Positions 35,087 to 43,727 of a stretch of DNA of 64,000 nucleotides are shown here, one piece after another. Source of the DNA: an uncultured virus (IMG/VR IMGVR_UViG_3300042888_001173) (lineage: Duplodnaviria; Heunggongvirae; Uroviricota; Caudoviricetes); IMG/VR virus record IMGVR_UViG_3300042888_001173. One strand, written 5' to 3'. Numbering within the stretch: position 1 is the first letter of the stretch; every line of letters begins with the position of its first letter. Made by a program: the position numbers and the translations under genes. The notes below the pieces were generated by a model that was not told the DNA's origin, searched no databases, and worked only from the letters and a program-made list of their open reading frames with translations.

Positions 35087-35508
35087 CTATATTCCTTATC
35101 TAGCTTAACGTTAGTCAATCCTGAAATTACCTGGAAGTTATCCCAGGCCATTTTAGCGGCTGGATTTGTTTCCAATTCACTGCTAGGTAATACTGCTTCC
35201 AACCAAATTTCCGGACGCCGGCGAGGATGAGCACCAAATTGGCGAGGTTGGTGCATCTTACCATCTGAGTAGAGCATAATACTCACACTACGGAATTTGT
35301 CTTCATCCTCTTTACTTTGAGAATCGTAATTGCCCCATTCGGGATTACTCATGCCGCCGTGACAATAACCTGACCAAATTCCACTCCACTGTTCATCATC
35401 TCGTGGATCAAAATCTGTACGAGTGATCAATACCAGTACATCGTCAATGTCAACACGGCCCTCAACAATGTCCAAAACACAACGGCTATAGCTAAGTCCA
35501 ATTTTCAT
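35083..35508 (-). CDS. hypothetical protein
   Basis: 141 aa. Confidence 0.7.
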   Translation of the reverse strand: MKIGLSYSRCVLDIVEGRVDIDDVLVLITRTDFDPRDDEQWSGIWSGYCHGGMSNPEWGNYDSQSKEDEDKFRSVSIMLYSDGKMHQPRQFGAHPRRRPEIWLEAVLPSSELETNPAAKMAWDNFQVISGLTNVKLDKEYS

Positions 35509-35789
35509 TTGTTTGAGTCCAAGTAAAATTCTGCCGACGCCAACATAGCTTCGGCCTGTTCTTGAGTTTTTGGCAACACTATTCTAGTGCCACGCTGGAT
35601 ATCATTCGCTTCATCTAACAGAGGAGAAATGTCATTGTCAAATATCTGTGCCATGGCATTCCATAAAAGCACACGTTCAATGGCAGTCATACCTGACGCA
35701 ATAGAGTCATCGTTGGGATCCTTGTCTAATCCAAAATCGTGTCGCCAGGTATAACACATCGAATTGATAATTTCTTCTCTAGTTTTCAT
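35505..35789 (-). CDS. hypothetical protein
   Basis: 94 aa. Confidence 0.65.
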   Translation of the reverse strand: MKTREEIINSMCYTWRHDFGLDKDPNDDSIASGMTAIERVLLWNAMAQIFDNDISPLLDEANDIQRGTRIVLPKTQEQAEAMLASAEFYLDSNK

Positions 35790-35790
35790 T

Positions 35791-36012
35791 TTATTCTTTG
35801 ATCTGACAGATATAATCCTGCTGATATTTTAGTTTGTTGTCAACGGCGAATCTAATACTTTCTTGCAGCTCAACACTGAGATCAATTCCTCGCGGAGTCA
35901 TCTTGGTTTGGTAAATCCCACGGATTGCATTTTGACAACTTTGAAGATTAGAGTATGTGCCTAAATGTGCCGGTGTTTGATTTAATCCTAAGAACAGCAG
36001 AATATATATCAT
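35791..36012 (-). CDS. hypothetical protein
   Basis: 73 aa after a promoter. Confidence 0.6.
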   Translation of the reverse strand: MIYILLFLGLNQTPAHLGTYSNLQSCQNAIRGIYQTKMTPRGIDLSVELQESIRFAVDNKLKYQQDYICQIKE

Positions 36013-36041
36013 TTTATTTTCCTGTATGTAAGTGTACGTCT

Positions 36042-36070
36042 AGTATAACACAAATCTTGATTAAAGTCAA
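36042..36070 (-). promoter_or_regulatory. sigma70-like promoter
   Basis: TTGACT-17bp-TATACT. Confidence 0.7.
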
Positions 36071-36342
36071 CTGCTTTTGTATTTGAGTTTAAACATTAGC
36101 GCATCCCTCTCGTCGCCAAAATAGTAACAGGCTAATTCATCCCAATGAAGGCTCACATCACTGACGTCCGATACTTCCATCCAAACAAAACTCGTGCAAT
36201 GAGTCCTTGCCCATTTTTTAATTTTCCAAAATGGTTCGCCTTGGCCGCCTGCATCGACATCTGTAATAATTACCTGATGGCATTTATCAAGGATTTCTTG
36301 AGGCGGTGCTAATTTTTTATACTCTTCATCCCAAATATACAC
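36067..36342 (-). CDS. small paralogue-family protein
   Basis: C-terminal YYFGDERDALMFKLKY. Confidence 0.65.
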   Translation of the reverse strand: MYIWDEEYKKLAPPQEILDKCHQVIITDVDAGGQGEPFWKIKKWARTHCTSFVWMEVSDVSDVSLHWDELACYYFGDERDALMFKLKYKSS

Positions 36343-36343
36343 G

Positions 36344-36592
36344 TCAACTCCATTTCATTGCAAACATCATGGCATCTTCTGGATTTTGAAAATACCAAGC
36401 ACGACCGTTCGATTCCTGCATATCTCTAAATTTATTTTGGCAATGTTCCAAACACCAAGTCAGCATATCGTTGTATAGATCGTCAGTGTATGGTAGGCGA
36501 ACAACGTGATAGTCCTTGAGCACGGACATAAGTCCTTCTGTAGGTTTTGGAAAACTTTTTTTAGTCTTGGTTGACATCATGGCCACTGTCAT
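36344..36592 (-). CDS. small paralogue-family protein
   Basis: WC..HC...WYFQNPEDAMMFAMKW. Confidence 0.7.
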   Translation of the reverse strand: MTVAMMSTKTKKSFPKPTEGLMSVLKDYHVVRLPYTDDLYNDMLTWCLEHCQNKFRDMQESNGRAWYFQNPEDAMMFAMKWS

Positions 36593-36939
36593 TAGCTTTG
36601 CCTCAGTAGATATTCTGTGAGTCTAGGCCCCGATAGTTTGGCGCGGACTTGAAACTTGTATCCATATTGTAGTTGATCTGGAATTCTATACCAACAAGGA
36701 GTTTCTATAGCATTTAACATAATCCATTGTCCTTGTTCGCTTTGTTGCCATTCCCATAATGGTTGGGCTGCATATAAGTCCGGATCATCAACATCGCCCA
36801 TCATGAATTCGTGTACTACTATTTCTCTTACTTCCTCTACTTGATCGCCTATTTGCATATATTTGTATGTATTCCGTGTTGGAGGCTTACCAAAAAAACC
36901 TTGACTGGGTTCAAATTGATAATCTTTAGTTTTTGTCAT
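36592..36939 (-). CDS. hypothetical protein
   Basis: 115 aa, GDVDDPDLYAA. Confidence 0.7.
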   Translation of the reverse strand: MTKTKDYQFEPSQGFFGKPPTRNTYKYMQIGDQVEEVREIVVHEFMMGDVDDPDLYAAQPLWEWQQSEQGQWIMLNAIETPCWYRIPDQLQYGYKFQVRAKLSGPRLTEYLLRQS

Positions 36940-37187
36940 TTTAATTTATTGCCTTCTGCTGAGCCCCAACGAAGCATAAACATAGTGGCATCATAGTCAT
37001 CTTCAAATTGAAAATACAGTGTGTGATAGCTTTCGCAACGCCAAAGGCTTTTACAGTTATCTTCACACCAAGATTTCATCAGCGGTAGATTTTCATAACC
37101 TACCTTGTCAAAATTGATCCTATAGGGAAACACAGCTCTCACTCTTGTTGCTAGAACTTCTCTAATAGAAGGCAGTGTTGTATTCAT
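36936..37187 (-). CDS. small paralogue-family protein
   Basis: WC..NC...FQFEDDYDATMFMLRW. Confidence 0.7.
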   Translation of the reverse strand: MNTTLPSIREVLATRVRAVFPYRINFDKVGYENLPLMKSWCEDNCKSLWRCESYHTLYFQFEDDYDATMFMLRWGSAEGNKLK

Positions 37188-37999
37188 AGAGGAAATGCAA
37201 ATTCAATAGTTTGGTACACAGGGGGTGCTTGTGGAATTGGTTCTTTGCTGATCAGTTCGTTGGCCAGTTGACTGCGTTCTTTTACATTGGGCTGTCCTAG
37301 CACAATCACAGCATACAATCTATCTTCTTTTCTAACCAACATTGCCACACACCTACCTGCAGGATTTGTAAATCCTGTTTTAGAAATAATAATATTATCA
37401 AATTCAAATAATGTAGGATTGGTATTTCTTAGATTTATCTTGACAGTCTTTTTACCTTTTGGTAACTTTAATGTGGTTGTTCGTTCATTGGATATAGCTT
37501 GAATGATGTCATGGTCTTTAATTCTAAATAAAAAAGCAACAAGATTATCTATAGTGCTGACATTACCAGGCAGCAGGCCACTGGCATCTACAATTCGAGT
37601 TCTGGTAAGCCCTGTTCCCATCACCCATTGATTTGTGTCAGATATGAATACATCAAACCCGCCTGGATATGAGTGTGCAAGAGTTTCGGCGGCTAGATTG
37701 TCTGAACTGATTAACATGGCCTTCATTAGATCGATTCTAGGAACCATAGCACCTCGAGGGAATCTACCTTTGGACTTGCCGGTAACTTTGACTTTCTCGT
37801 CTAGATCAAGGCCCTGCCTTAGGATAGTTGTTGCTGTAAACAGTTTTGTAATAGAAGCAATGCTACGAACATCACTCCTATTATAAACCATTTGATATTC
37901 CGTGAGATCATAATCGTAGAGTCCCCAGGCTCCGTGACTTGGTTGTGAATAACTTATAGTTGAAATGCATACACAAAATAACAAAAATAATTTTTTCAT
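37184..37999 (-). CDS. D-alanyl-D-alanine peptidase, S11 family (PBP7-like)
   Basis: Signal peptide; SITK, SDN and KTG motifs. Confidence 0.92.
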   Translation of the reverse strand: MKKLFLLFCVCISTISYSQPSHGAWGLYDYDLTEYQMVYNRSDVRSIASITKLFTATTILRQGLDLDEKVKVTGKSKGRFPRGAMVPRIDLMKAMLISSDNLAAETLAHSYPGGFDVFISDTNQWVMGTGLTRTRIVDASGLLPGNVSTIDNLVAFLFRIKDHDIIQAISNERTTTLKLPKGKKTVKINLRNTNPTLFEFDNIIISKTGFTNPAGRCVAMLVRKEDRLYAVIVLGQPNVKERSQLANELISKEPIPQAPPVYQTIEFAFPL

Positions 38000-38002
38000 A
38001 AT

Positions 38003-38317
38003 TCAATCTTGGCCGTTACCATATTTTAACAAAAACATTGTGCGTTTTTGTTCGTCGTAGAAATCCAAACGAACAGTATGTACATTCTTTTTGCCTTCGA
38101 ACCAGCCGCTTGGTTCCATATAAAACCATTCATCTTTGTCTTGTGGACGTCTTACATAATCAGGGTCTTTGACATACTCTCTATGATCACGCACAGTAAA
38201 GCCCAGCACGTCTTTCATCTTTGTTCGTGAAAGATAGACACTGGGCTTTTCTCGTTGCTTGATGCGTTCGAGAACACTGCCCCATTGATCGGGACTCATA
38301 ACCACAGGCTTGCTCAT
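38003..38317 (-). CDS. hypothetical protein
   Basis: C-terminal LDFYDEQKRTMFLLKY. Confidence 0.7.
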   Translation of the reverse strand: MSKPVVMSPDQWGSVLERIKQREKPSVYLSRTKMKDVLGFTVRDHREYVKDPDYVRRPQDKDEWFYMEPSGWFEGKKNVHTVRLDFYDEQKRTMFLLKYGNGQD

Positions 38318-39171
38318 TATACTTCCAATACTATGTTAGGATTCCAACCACTGTTTTCACTGTAGCCATCGTTTTCGTAACCACGTGGGTTGCAAACAAC
38401 ACGAGTCTCTCCAATCATATAATCAAATGGCTGATGCATGTGCCCGTGTGTCCACAATTTAATCTGCGGGTGATCCATAATGAACTCACTTAGGTCACTG
38501 GCATATCCACCGTTCATAAGTGTTTGACTAGCGTATTGTTCACTGACACTTTTAAAACTAGGTGCGTGGTGCCCGACTACCACGCACTTCTTATCTTTAT
38601 GTTCTTGAACAATCAGTTTGATGTAACTCAGCGTCTTATCGTGACGTATGGCAACATCCAACGGACTCATAGCTGCATACTCACGTTTGTCATTTCGCAC
38701 AATTCGGAAATCGTTCATCATGTCTTTGATGGCATGCATTGTAAGTGGATCACGACCATTCATATCTGTCCACAATGTTCCACCCACAAACACAACATCG
38801 TCGATAATTTTCATATCCTGTTCTAACAAGTAGATGTTAGGATACTTGGCAACTTCTTCACGCATATAATCAATAGCCGCATAAAATTTGCCGTGATAGA
38901 ATTCGTGATTGCCCATAATGTAAATTACATGGGGGAACTGAAAACTACAACGCTTGAAAAAATCACGGAAGCGAGCAACACGTTGCATTTTACGGCTAAG
39001 ATCGGCAAATGCGCCACTGCTATACGGATTGAAATCAGCGGCAATGTGGTCATGTAGATCCTGTGCAATCATAATATCGCCACCGAGAATCAAAACATCG
39101 TAATCTTGATCATTTTGGATATTGATATCACTGAATTCTAAATGCAGATCCGATACCAGTTTAATTTTCAT
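38317..39171 (-). CDS. metallophosphoesterase
   Basis: SDLHLEF, GD, GNHE, HHAP, HGHMH. Confidence 0.9.
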   Translation of the reverse strand: MKIKLVSDLHLEFSDINIQNDQDYDVLILGGDIMIAQDLHDHIAADFNPYSSGAFADLSRKMQRVARFRDFFKRCSFQFPHVIYIMGNHEFYHGKFYAAIDYMREEVAKYPNIYLLEQDMKIIDDVVFVGGTLWTDMNGRDPLTMHAIKDMMNDFRIVRNDKREYAAMSPLDVAIRHDKTLSYIKLIVQEHKDKKCVVVGHHAPSFKSVSEQYASQTLMNGGYASDLSEFIMDHPQIKLWTHGHMHQPFDYMIGETRVVCNPRGYENDGYSENSGWNPNIVLEV

Positions 39172-39196
39172 AGAATGTTCCAGGTAATGTATGTAT

Positions 39197-39225
39197 ATTA
39201 TACAGTCAGTTTTAATTTCTGTCAA
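39197..39225 (-). promoter_or_regulatory. sigma70 consensus promoter
   Basis: TTGACA-17bp-TATAAT. Confidence 0.85.
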
Positions 39226-39236
39226 CCTGATTAAAT

Positions 39237-39458
39237 ATGTATATAAATTATACCGGGAGCGAATCGGTGAAGTACTACGACTACGATTGGGATGTCAACC
39301 CAGAATCTATCATTCTGGACAAAGAACTAAACATTGATAAATTGGGCTGGAAAGCGGGTGACTGCTTTGTTGTTCAAAATATTGACGGCCGAGCCATGCT
39401 GAGAAAGCTGGACCCCCTGGAGAAATTCATAAAAGAAGGGGAACAAGAACATGGGTGA
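39237..39458 (+). CDS. hypothetical protein
   Basis: 73 aa; start uncertain. Confidence 0.55.
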   Translation: MYINYTGSESVKYYDYDWDVNPESIILDKELNIDKLGWKAGDCFVVQNIDGRAMLRKLDPLEKFIKEGEQEHG

Positions 39459-39729
39459 TTTTTTTAAACTAGTGGCCGAACTTGGGTTTCCTATAGCAGG
39501 TGCCATGGCGGCTGGCTACTTTGTTTTCCTAACACTAAAATTTATCCTTGCTGGAGTTACTAGCAGTGTAAATGGAATGGGGGGAATTATCAAAGGCCTA
39601 GACAGTCGTGTTGACACCATGACCAATCAACTACAGCGTATTGATGTTAAAGTAAGTCATGCATTAGGTCTACAACCTGACTACGATCGTATCAGTAGAG
39701 CAGAACAAGCAGATCAAAGGAAAGATTAA
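39451..39729 (+). CDS. small single-TM coiled-coil membrane protein
   Basis: ELGFPIAGAMAAGYFVF. Confidence 0.7.
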   Translation: MGDFFKLVAELGFPIAGAMAAGYFVFLTLKFILAGVTSSVNGMGGIIKGLDSRVDTMTNQLQRIDVKVSHALGLQPDYDRISRAEQADQRKD

Positions 39730-39857
39730 CATGATCGACTGTCAAGAGATAGCATTACTACATGCAGTAGCCGTTAACATAGACAAAGACGCCCAACCCG
39801 AATTATGGAAAGAATTAAACGATCGTTTGATCCTAGCAATTTTAAGGAACAATTAAA

Positions 39858-40208
39858 ATGGATCCAGTAGAACTAGTAAACAAATATGGTTTTCCTATTG
39901 TGGCCGCAGGTGGCATGGGATACTTCATCTATTACGTGTGGACCTGGGTTACCACAGAAATCAAACCCGTTATAGGACAAGCCAATGGAACTCTTATCGC
40001 TCTTATTGATCGTATTCGTATGCTTGATAACGATCTTATCAGGTTGAATCAGAAAGTAGAAACTGTCATGGAACTACGTGGCAAGACCATTGAGTACGAA
40101 CGTATCAAGGCCGAACACGAAATCAACAAAGTTTCAGAAGAAGAAGGGCCGCCAATCGGCAAGCGTAAGGCTACAAAAGAAGAAATTAAAGGCGCTGCCG
40201 GCGACTGA
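39858..40208 (+). CDS. small single-TM coiled-coil membrane protein (paralogue)
   Basis: KYGFPIVAAGGMGYFIY. Confidence 0.7.
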   Translation: MDPVELVNKYGFPIVAAGGMGYFIYYVWTWVTTEIKPVIGQANGTLIALIDRIRMLDNDLIRLNQKVETVMELRGKTIEYERIKAEHEINKVSEEEGPPIGKRKATKEEIKGAAGD

Positions 40209-42269
40209 TTACTTCGAGGTAGCTTTGTAGGTACCGTCCCAATCTTTTGGTAAATCTCTAGAGCGCATATCAGCTATACGCTCAATCCACAGTTCATAGT
40301 AGTGATCCATATTGCCGTCAAATTCACCAGTGAGTGTCTTGCATAATTCTATAGCGTCATCCCACTTTTGCTGCTTATAATAGGTCAACATACCGTTATG
40401 CATATCACGGGCAGTGTTCCATTTAACTGCTACAGTTTCATCAGGCATGTAGAATACAGTAAAAATATTAACACCAATGGTCTTGCCCTTGACTGCAATA
40501 CAGTCTAAAGGAATAGTAAAGTACTGATCGTTAACACGCTTCTCTGTGCTTTCACTGATAATGATTAGTTGTCCATAGTTCTTGGTTTGACTTTCTAGTC
40601 GTGCTGTTAAACTAACTGAGTCACCTAGTACATCATATCCAAATCGGTCTTTACTACCAATGTTACCGATTAGTGTAGGACCGGTGTTAATACCCAAACC
40701 CATACCTACACGTGGCTTTCCTTCTCGTTCAAGTTCGATGTTAAACAGTTCAACAGCATGAATCATTTCTAGTCCAGTGCGGACAGCAGCGTGAGCATGA
40801 TCAGGATCTTGAAGCTCTTGGATCGGAGCACCATGAACGTGCAGACTAGCATCACCAATGAACTTGATCAAGCATCCATTGTTGCGCAGTATAGGTTCAG
40901 CAATGGCAGTCATATAACGATTCATTGTTTGTGTAAATGCCACAACGTCATCACCATAGGTTTCACCTAGGCCAGTAAAGTTGCGCATGTCACTCATGAT
41001 GATGGTAAGGTCTTTCTTCTCTCCGCCTAGTTTAATAAAGCTAGGATCTTTTTGTAGGCGTTCAACAATTACAGGATTTACATAGCTGCCAAACTGTTTC
41101 TTAATCTGTGACTTTTGCAAGTACTCGCTTAAAAATTTGACACTATAAGCGTGAATGTATACCAGACTACAGCCAACAACAAACCAAGTGGCGTCCAATA
41201 GGATTCTGGAGTTTTCATATAGATAAGATATAGCGAAATGACTGCCGCCGAGAAAGACAACAACAGGAATAAAAGCATAGGTCCACCTTGATAAAAATAG
41301 TACTAGTAATCCAGCGGCCAGCAAGGCAATGATCTCAGCTTGGTCAGCCCAACCTGGACGCTGTATGTTGCTCTGCGTCATCATAGTGCCAATGACTGCA
41401 CCTTGTAGGTATTGTGGCCATACTTCACCTTTGGCTGTACTAACAGGGTTTACCAGACCAGCAGCACTGAGTCCAACAATAACAATACCGCCGTCAAATG
41501 ATTCAGGCAACTGCATGTAACTGTATTCTCTAGGCGTTGCTGACCAATCAATCCAAACACGACCTTCGTTGTCCGTTGGTACTTTGCCAAACTTAGGAAC
41601 ACGCACAGCTTCTACACCCATGTCACCAATCTTGACTTGGAACTTGGGATCCTTGGCAGCCACACGCAGTGTCTCTAATGCTAGACTAGGATGTAGTTTT
41701 TCTTGACTTAGTATGACCATGGGCATACGACGAACAACACCGTCTATCTCTGGAAATGTATTAACAATACCAACACCTGCTGCTAGACTTTCTTGCGGCT
41801 CCACATTACTAATCAATCCTGGATACTCAACAACTAGTCCCTTAGGATCCATGCCTATTACTTGTGCAGGTGTTCTATGAGTAATATTCTTTTGACGTTC
41901 ACTTCCTAGTGCTGGTAATACCACAGGATACTTCTTAAGTGTTTCACCTAGTACGGCATCCTTGCCAAAACGATCTTTCTCTGGCATTAGCACGTTAAAC
42001 ACAACCAGTCCGGCATCACGTCTATAAATCTCTTTAATGATATCAGCATACATGTCTCTAGGGAAAGGAAACTGTCCTAGCTTGTCTAGAGTTGCTTCAT
42101 CAATGTTGACTGTATAAACAGGAACATCGTTGGCAGGTTGACTAGTTACTAATGTGTCAAAATAACGTAGTCTTACGCTTTCAATAAAACTAGGATCTAC
42201 AAGACGGATGCCTAATACTAATGCTAGAGTGACCAATGCGGTCCAAGGGTTTAATAGTAGCTTTTTCAT
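40209..42269 (-). CDS. CHASE2-domain class III adenylate/guanylate cyclase
   Basis: VNIDEATL...FPFPR, DGVVRR (CHASE2), three TMs, SDMRNFT, KFIGDA, GDSV..ARLE. Confidence 0.92.
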   Translation of the reverse strand: MKKLLLNPWTALVTLALVLGIRLVDPSFIESVRLRYFDTLVTSQPANDVPVYTVNIDEATLDKLGQFPFPRDMYADIIKEIYRRDAGLVVFNVLMPEKDRFGKDAVLGETLKKYPVVLPALGSERQKNITHRTPAQVIGMDPKGLVVEYPGLISNVEPQESLAAGVGIVNTFPEIDGVVRRMPMVILSQEKLHPSLALETLRVAAKDPKFQVKIGDMGVEAVRVPKFGKVPTDNEGRVWIDWSATPREYSYMQLPESFDGGIVIVGLSAAGLVNPVSTAKGEVWPQYLQGAVIGTMMTQSNIQRPGWADQAEIIALLAAGLLVLFLSRWTYAFIPVVVFLGGSHFAISYLYENSRILLDATWFVVGCSLVYIHAYSVKFLSEYLQKSQIKKQFGSYVNPVIVERLQKDPSFIKLGGEKKDLTIIMSDMRNFTGLGETYGDDVVAFTQTMNRYMTAIAEPILRNNGCLIKFIGDASLHVHGAPIQELQDPDHAHAAVRTGLEMIHAVELFNIELEREGKPRVGMGLGINTGPTLIGNIGSKDRFGYDVLGDSVSLTARLESQTKNYGQLIIISESTEKRVNDQYFTIPLDCIAVKGKTIGVNIFTVFYMPDETVAVKWNTARDMHNGMLTYYKQQKWDDAIELCKTLTGEFDGNMDHYYELWIERIADMRSRDLPKDWDGTYKATSK

Positions 42270-42291
42270 AGTAATATTTATCGCTAAATAC

Positions 42292-42392
42292 CTTGGGGAG
42301 TAACTAGCCAACAGGTGTTGGTTTTATAGGTCGTCAACACGGTATACATATACCCGGTCTATAGACAAAGCGGTGAGACCATAACTTTAAGG
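42292..42392 (+). promoter_or_regulatory. yybP-ykoY (Mn2+) riboswitch
   Basis: GGGGAGTA...GTCGTCAACACG...GTGAGACC directly 5' of a TerC-family gene. Confidence 0.8.
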
Positions 42393-42397
42393 AAGAT

Positions 42398-43057
42398 ATG
42401 GAACTCTTTACGATCCAGGCCCTTTGGGCATTTCTCGCTATCATTTTGATAGACATTGTATTAGCCGGTGATAACGCTCTTGTTATCGGAATGGCCGCTA
42501 ACAAATTACCAGAACATCTACGCAAACGAGCAATTCTTTGGGGAACATTTGGTGCTATTGCTATCCGCTTTATTTCTGTAGCCGCACTGACCTACCTATT
42601 AATGATTCCAGGGCTACGCTTAATAGGCGGTGCTGCGCTATTGTGGATTGGCTGGAAGTTGGTTTTTGATGAAGGTGATCACGACATTGAAGCCAAAGAC
42701 ACATTCTGGGGTGCCATTAGTACTATTGTAGTCGCTGACGCAGTTATGGGCATAGACAATGCACTTGGTATTGCCGCGGCCGCAAATGGAAATTTTGTGT
42801 TAGTCATTGCTGGCCTGTTGATCAGTGTACCTATTATATTATTCGGTGCTGGATTAGTCAGCAAGATACTTGAGAAGTATCCCAACAGTGTGTTCGTAGG
42901 CAGCTTTGTATTATTTGCTGTGGCATTTCAAATGGCTATCAAAGAACCTCTATTGCAAGATTGGCTAGAACCTTTAGCCGGTTGGGTTAAGACTGTGCTA
43001 CCTTGGTGTGCTTCGATGGTAATAACAGCAGTGCAGTATAAGAAAGCTAGAATGTAA
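42398..43057 (+). CDS. TerC/YjbE-family membrane protein
   Basis: IDIVLAGDNALVI, ADAVMGIDN. Confidence 0.92.
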   Translation: MELFTIQALWAFLAIILIDIVLAGDNALVIGMAANKLPEHLRKRAILWGTFGAIAIRFISVAALTYLLMIPGLRLIGGAALLWIGWKLVFDEGDHDIEAKDTFWGAISTIVVADAVMGIDNALGIAAAANGNFVLVIAGLLISVPIILFGAGLVSKILEKYPNSVFVGSFVLFAVAFQMAIKEPLLQDWLEPLAGWVKTVLPWCASMVITAVQYKKARM

Positions 43058-43080
43058 AAAAGCCCCGGAAGGGGCTTTTT
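43056..43080. terminator. bidirectional terminator
   Basis: AAAAAAGCCCCGGAAGGGGCTTTTT between convergent genes. Confidence 0.88.
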
Positions 43081-43085
43081 ATTGA

Positions 43086-43571
43086 TTACGATCTTACTAA
43101 CATAGCAAAACTAAAGGCAAACGCAGGTATTGCTAATGCTGAAAAACTTATAAAAATTAGTGCTCTATCTATTAAATCTGATTTGGCCTTTATCCTAGCG
43201 TTTGCTAAGTCTGCTTCTAGTTTAGCACGTTCTTTATACATACGTACACGCTCAGCCATCATTTGTTCCCAAACATCACTATTACCACTATATATCAACA
43301 GTTCTTTGAGTTGTTTTTCTGCGTCTCGCAAGGCTTTACTCTGCATGGCAATTTCTATTGACATGGCTCTGATCTGTCCGTCTGTGAGAATCTTTTTGCT
43401 GGTTTGTGCGGCTGCATTAGCACTGTGAATTTTATCGCTGTTTTCAAAGAACTTGGCAAACTGTCCGTAAAGGCTGTTGACATCCTTGCCTAAGGCAATG
43501 GCCTTTTTAATATAACCAACTGATTGTTGTGCGGCTGTAAAAGCAATGCCAAGGGTAATAGGATCAATCAT
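43086..43571 (-). CDS. hypothetical protein with C-terminal TM
   Basis: 161 aa, MIDPIT start. Confidence 0.7.
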   Translation of the reverse strand: MIDPITLGIAFTAAQQSVGYIKKAIALGKDVNSLYGQFAKFFENSDKIHSANAAAQTSKKILTDGQIRAMSIEIAMQSKALRDAEKQLKELLIYSGNSDVWEQMMAERVRMYKERAKLEADLANARIKAKSDLIDRALIFISFSALAIPAFAFSFAMLVRS

Positions 43572-43726
43572 GTTTTCTTAGGATCCTTATCTTTGGGTGG
43601 CGGCTTAGTCCATTCTAAGCATACAACTCGACGATTATAAACATCCCCGGTCCAAGTCCATTTTACACAACGAGGCTCCTGGGCTAGCATGCCTGCCAAC
43701 ATCAATGAGCCTATGGCGTTGAACAT
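43568..43726 (-). CDS. small secreted-type protein (52 aa, C..WTWTGD...C)
   Basis: Read manually; coupled to neighbours. Confidence 0.5.
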   Translation of the reverse strand: MFNAIGSLMLAGMLAQEPRCVKWTWTGDVYNRRVVCLEWTKPPPKDKDPKKT

Positions 43727-43727
43727 A

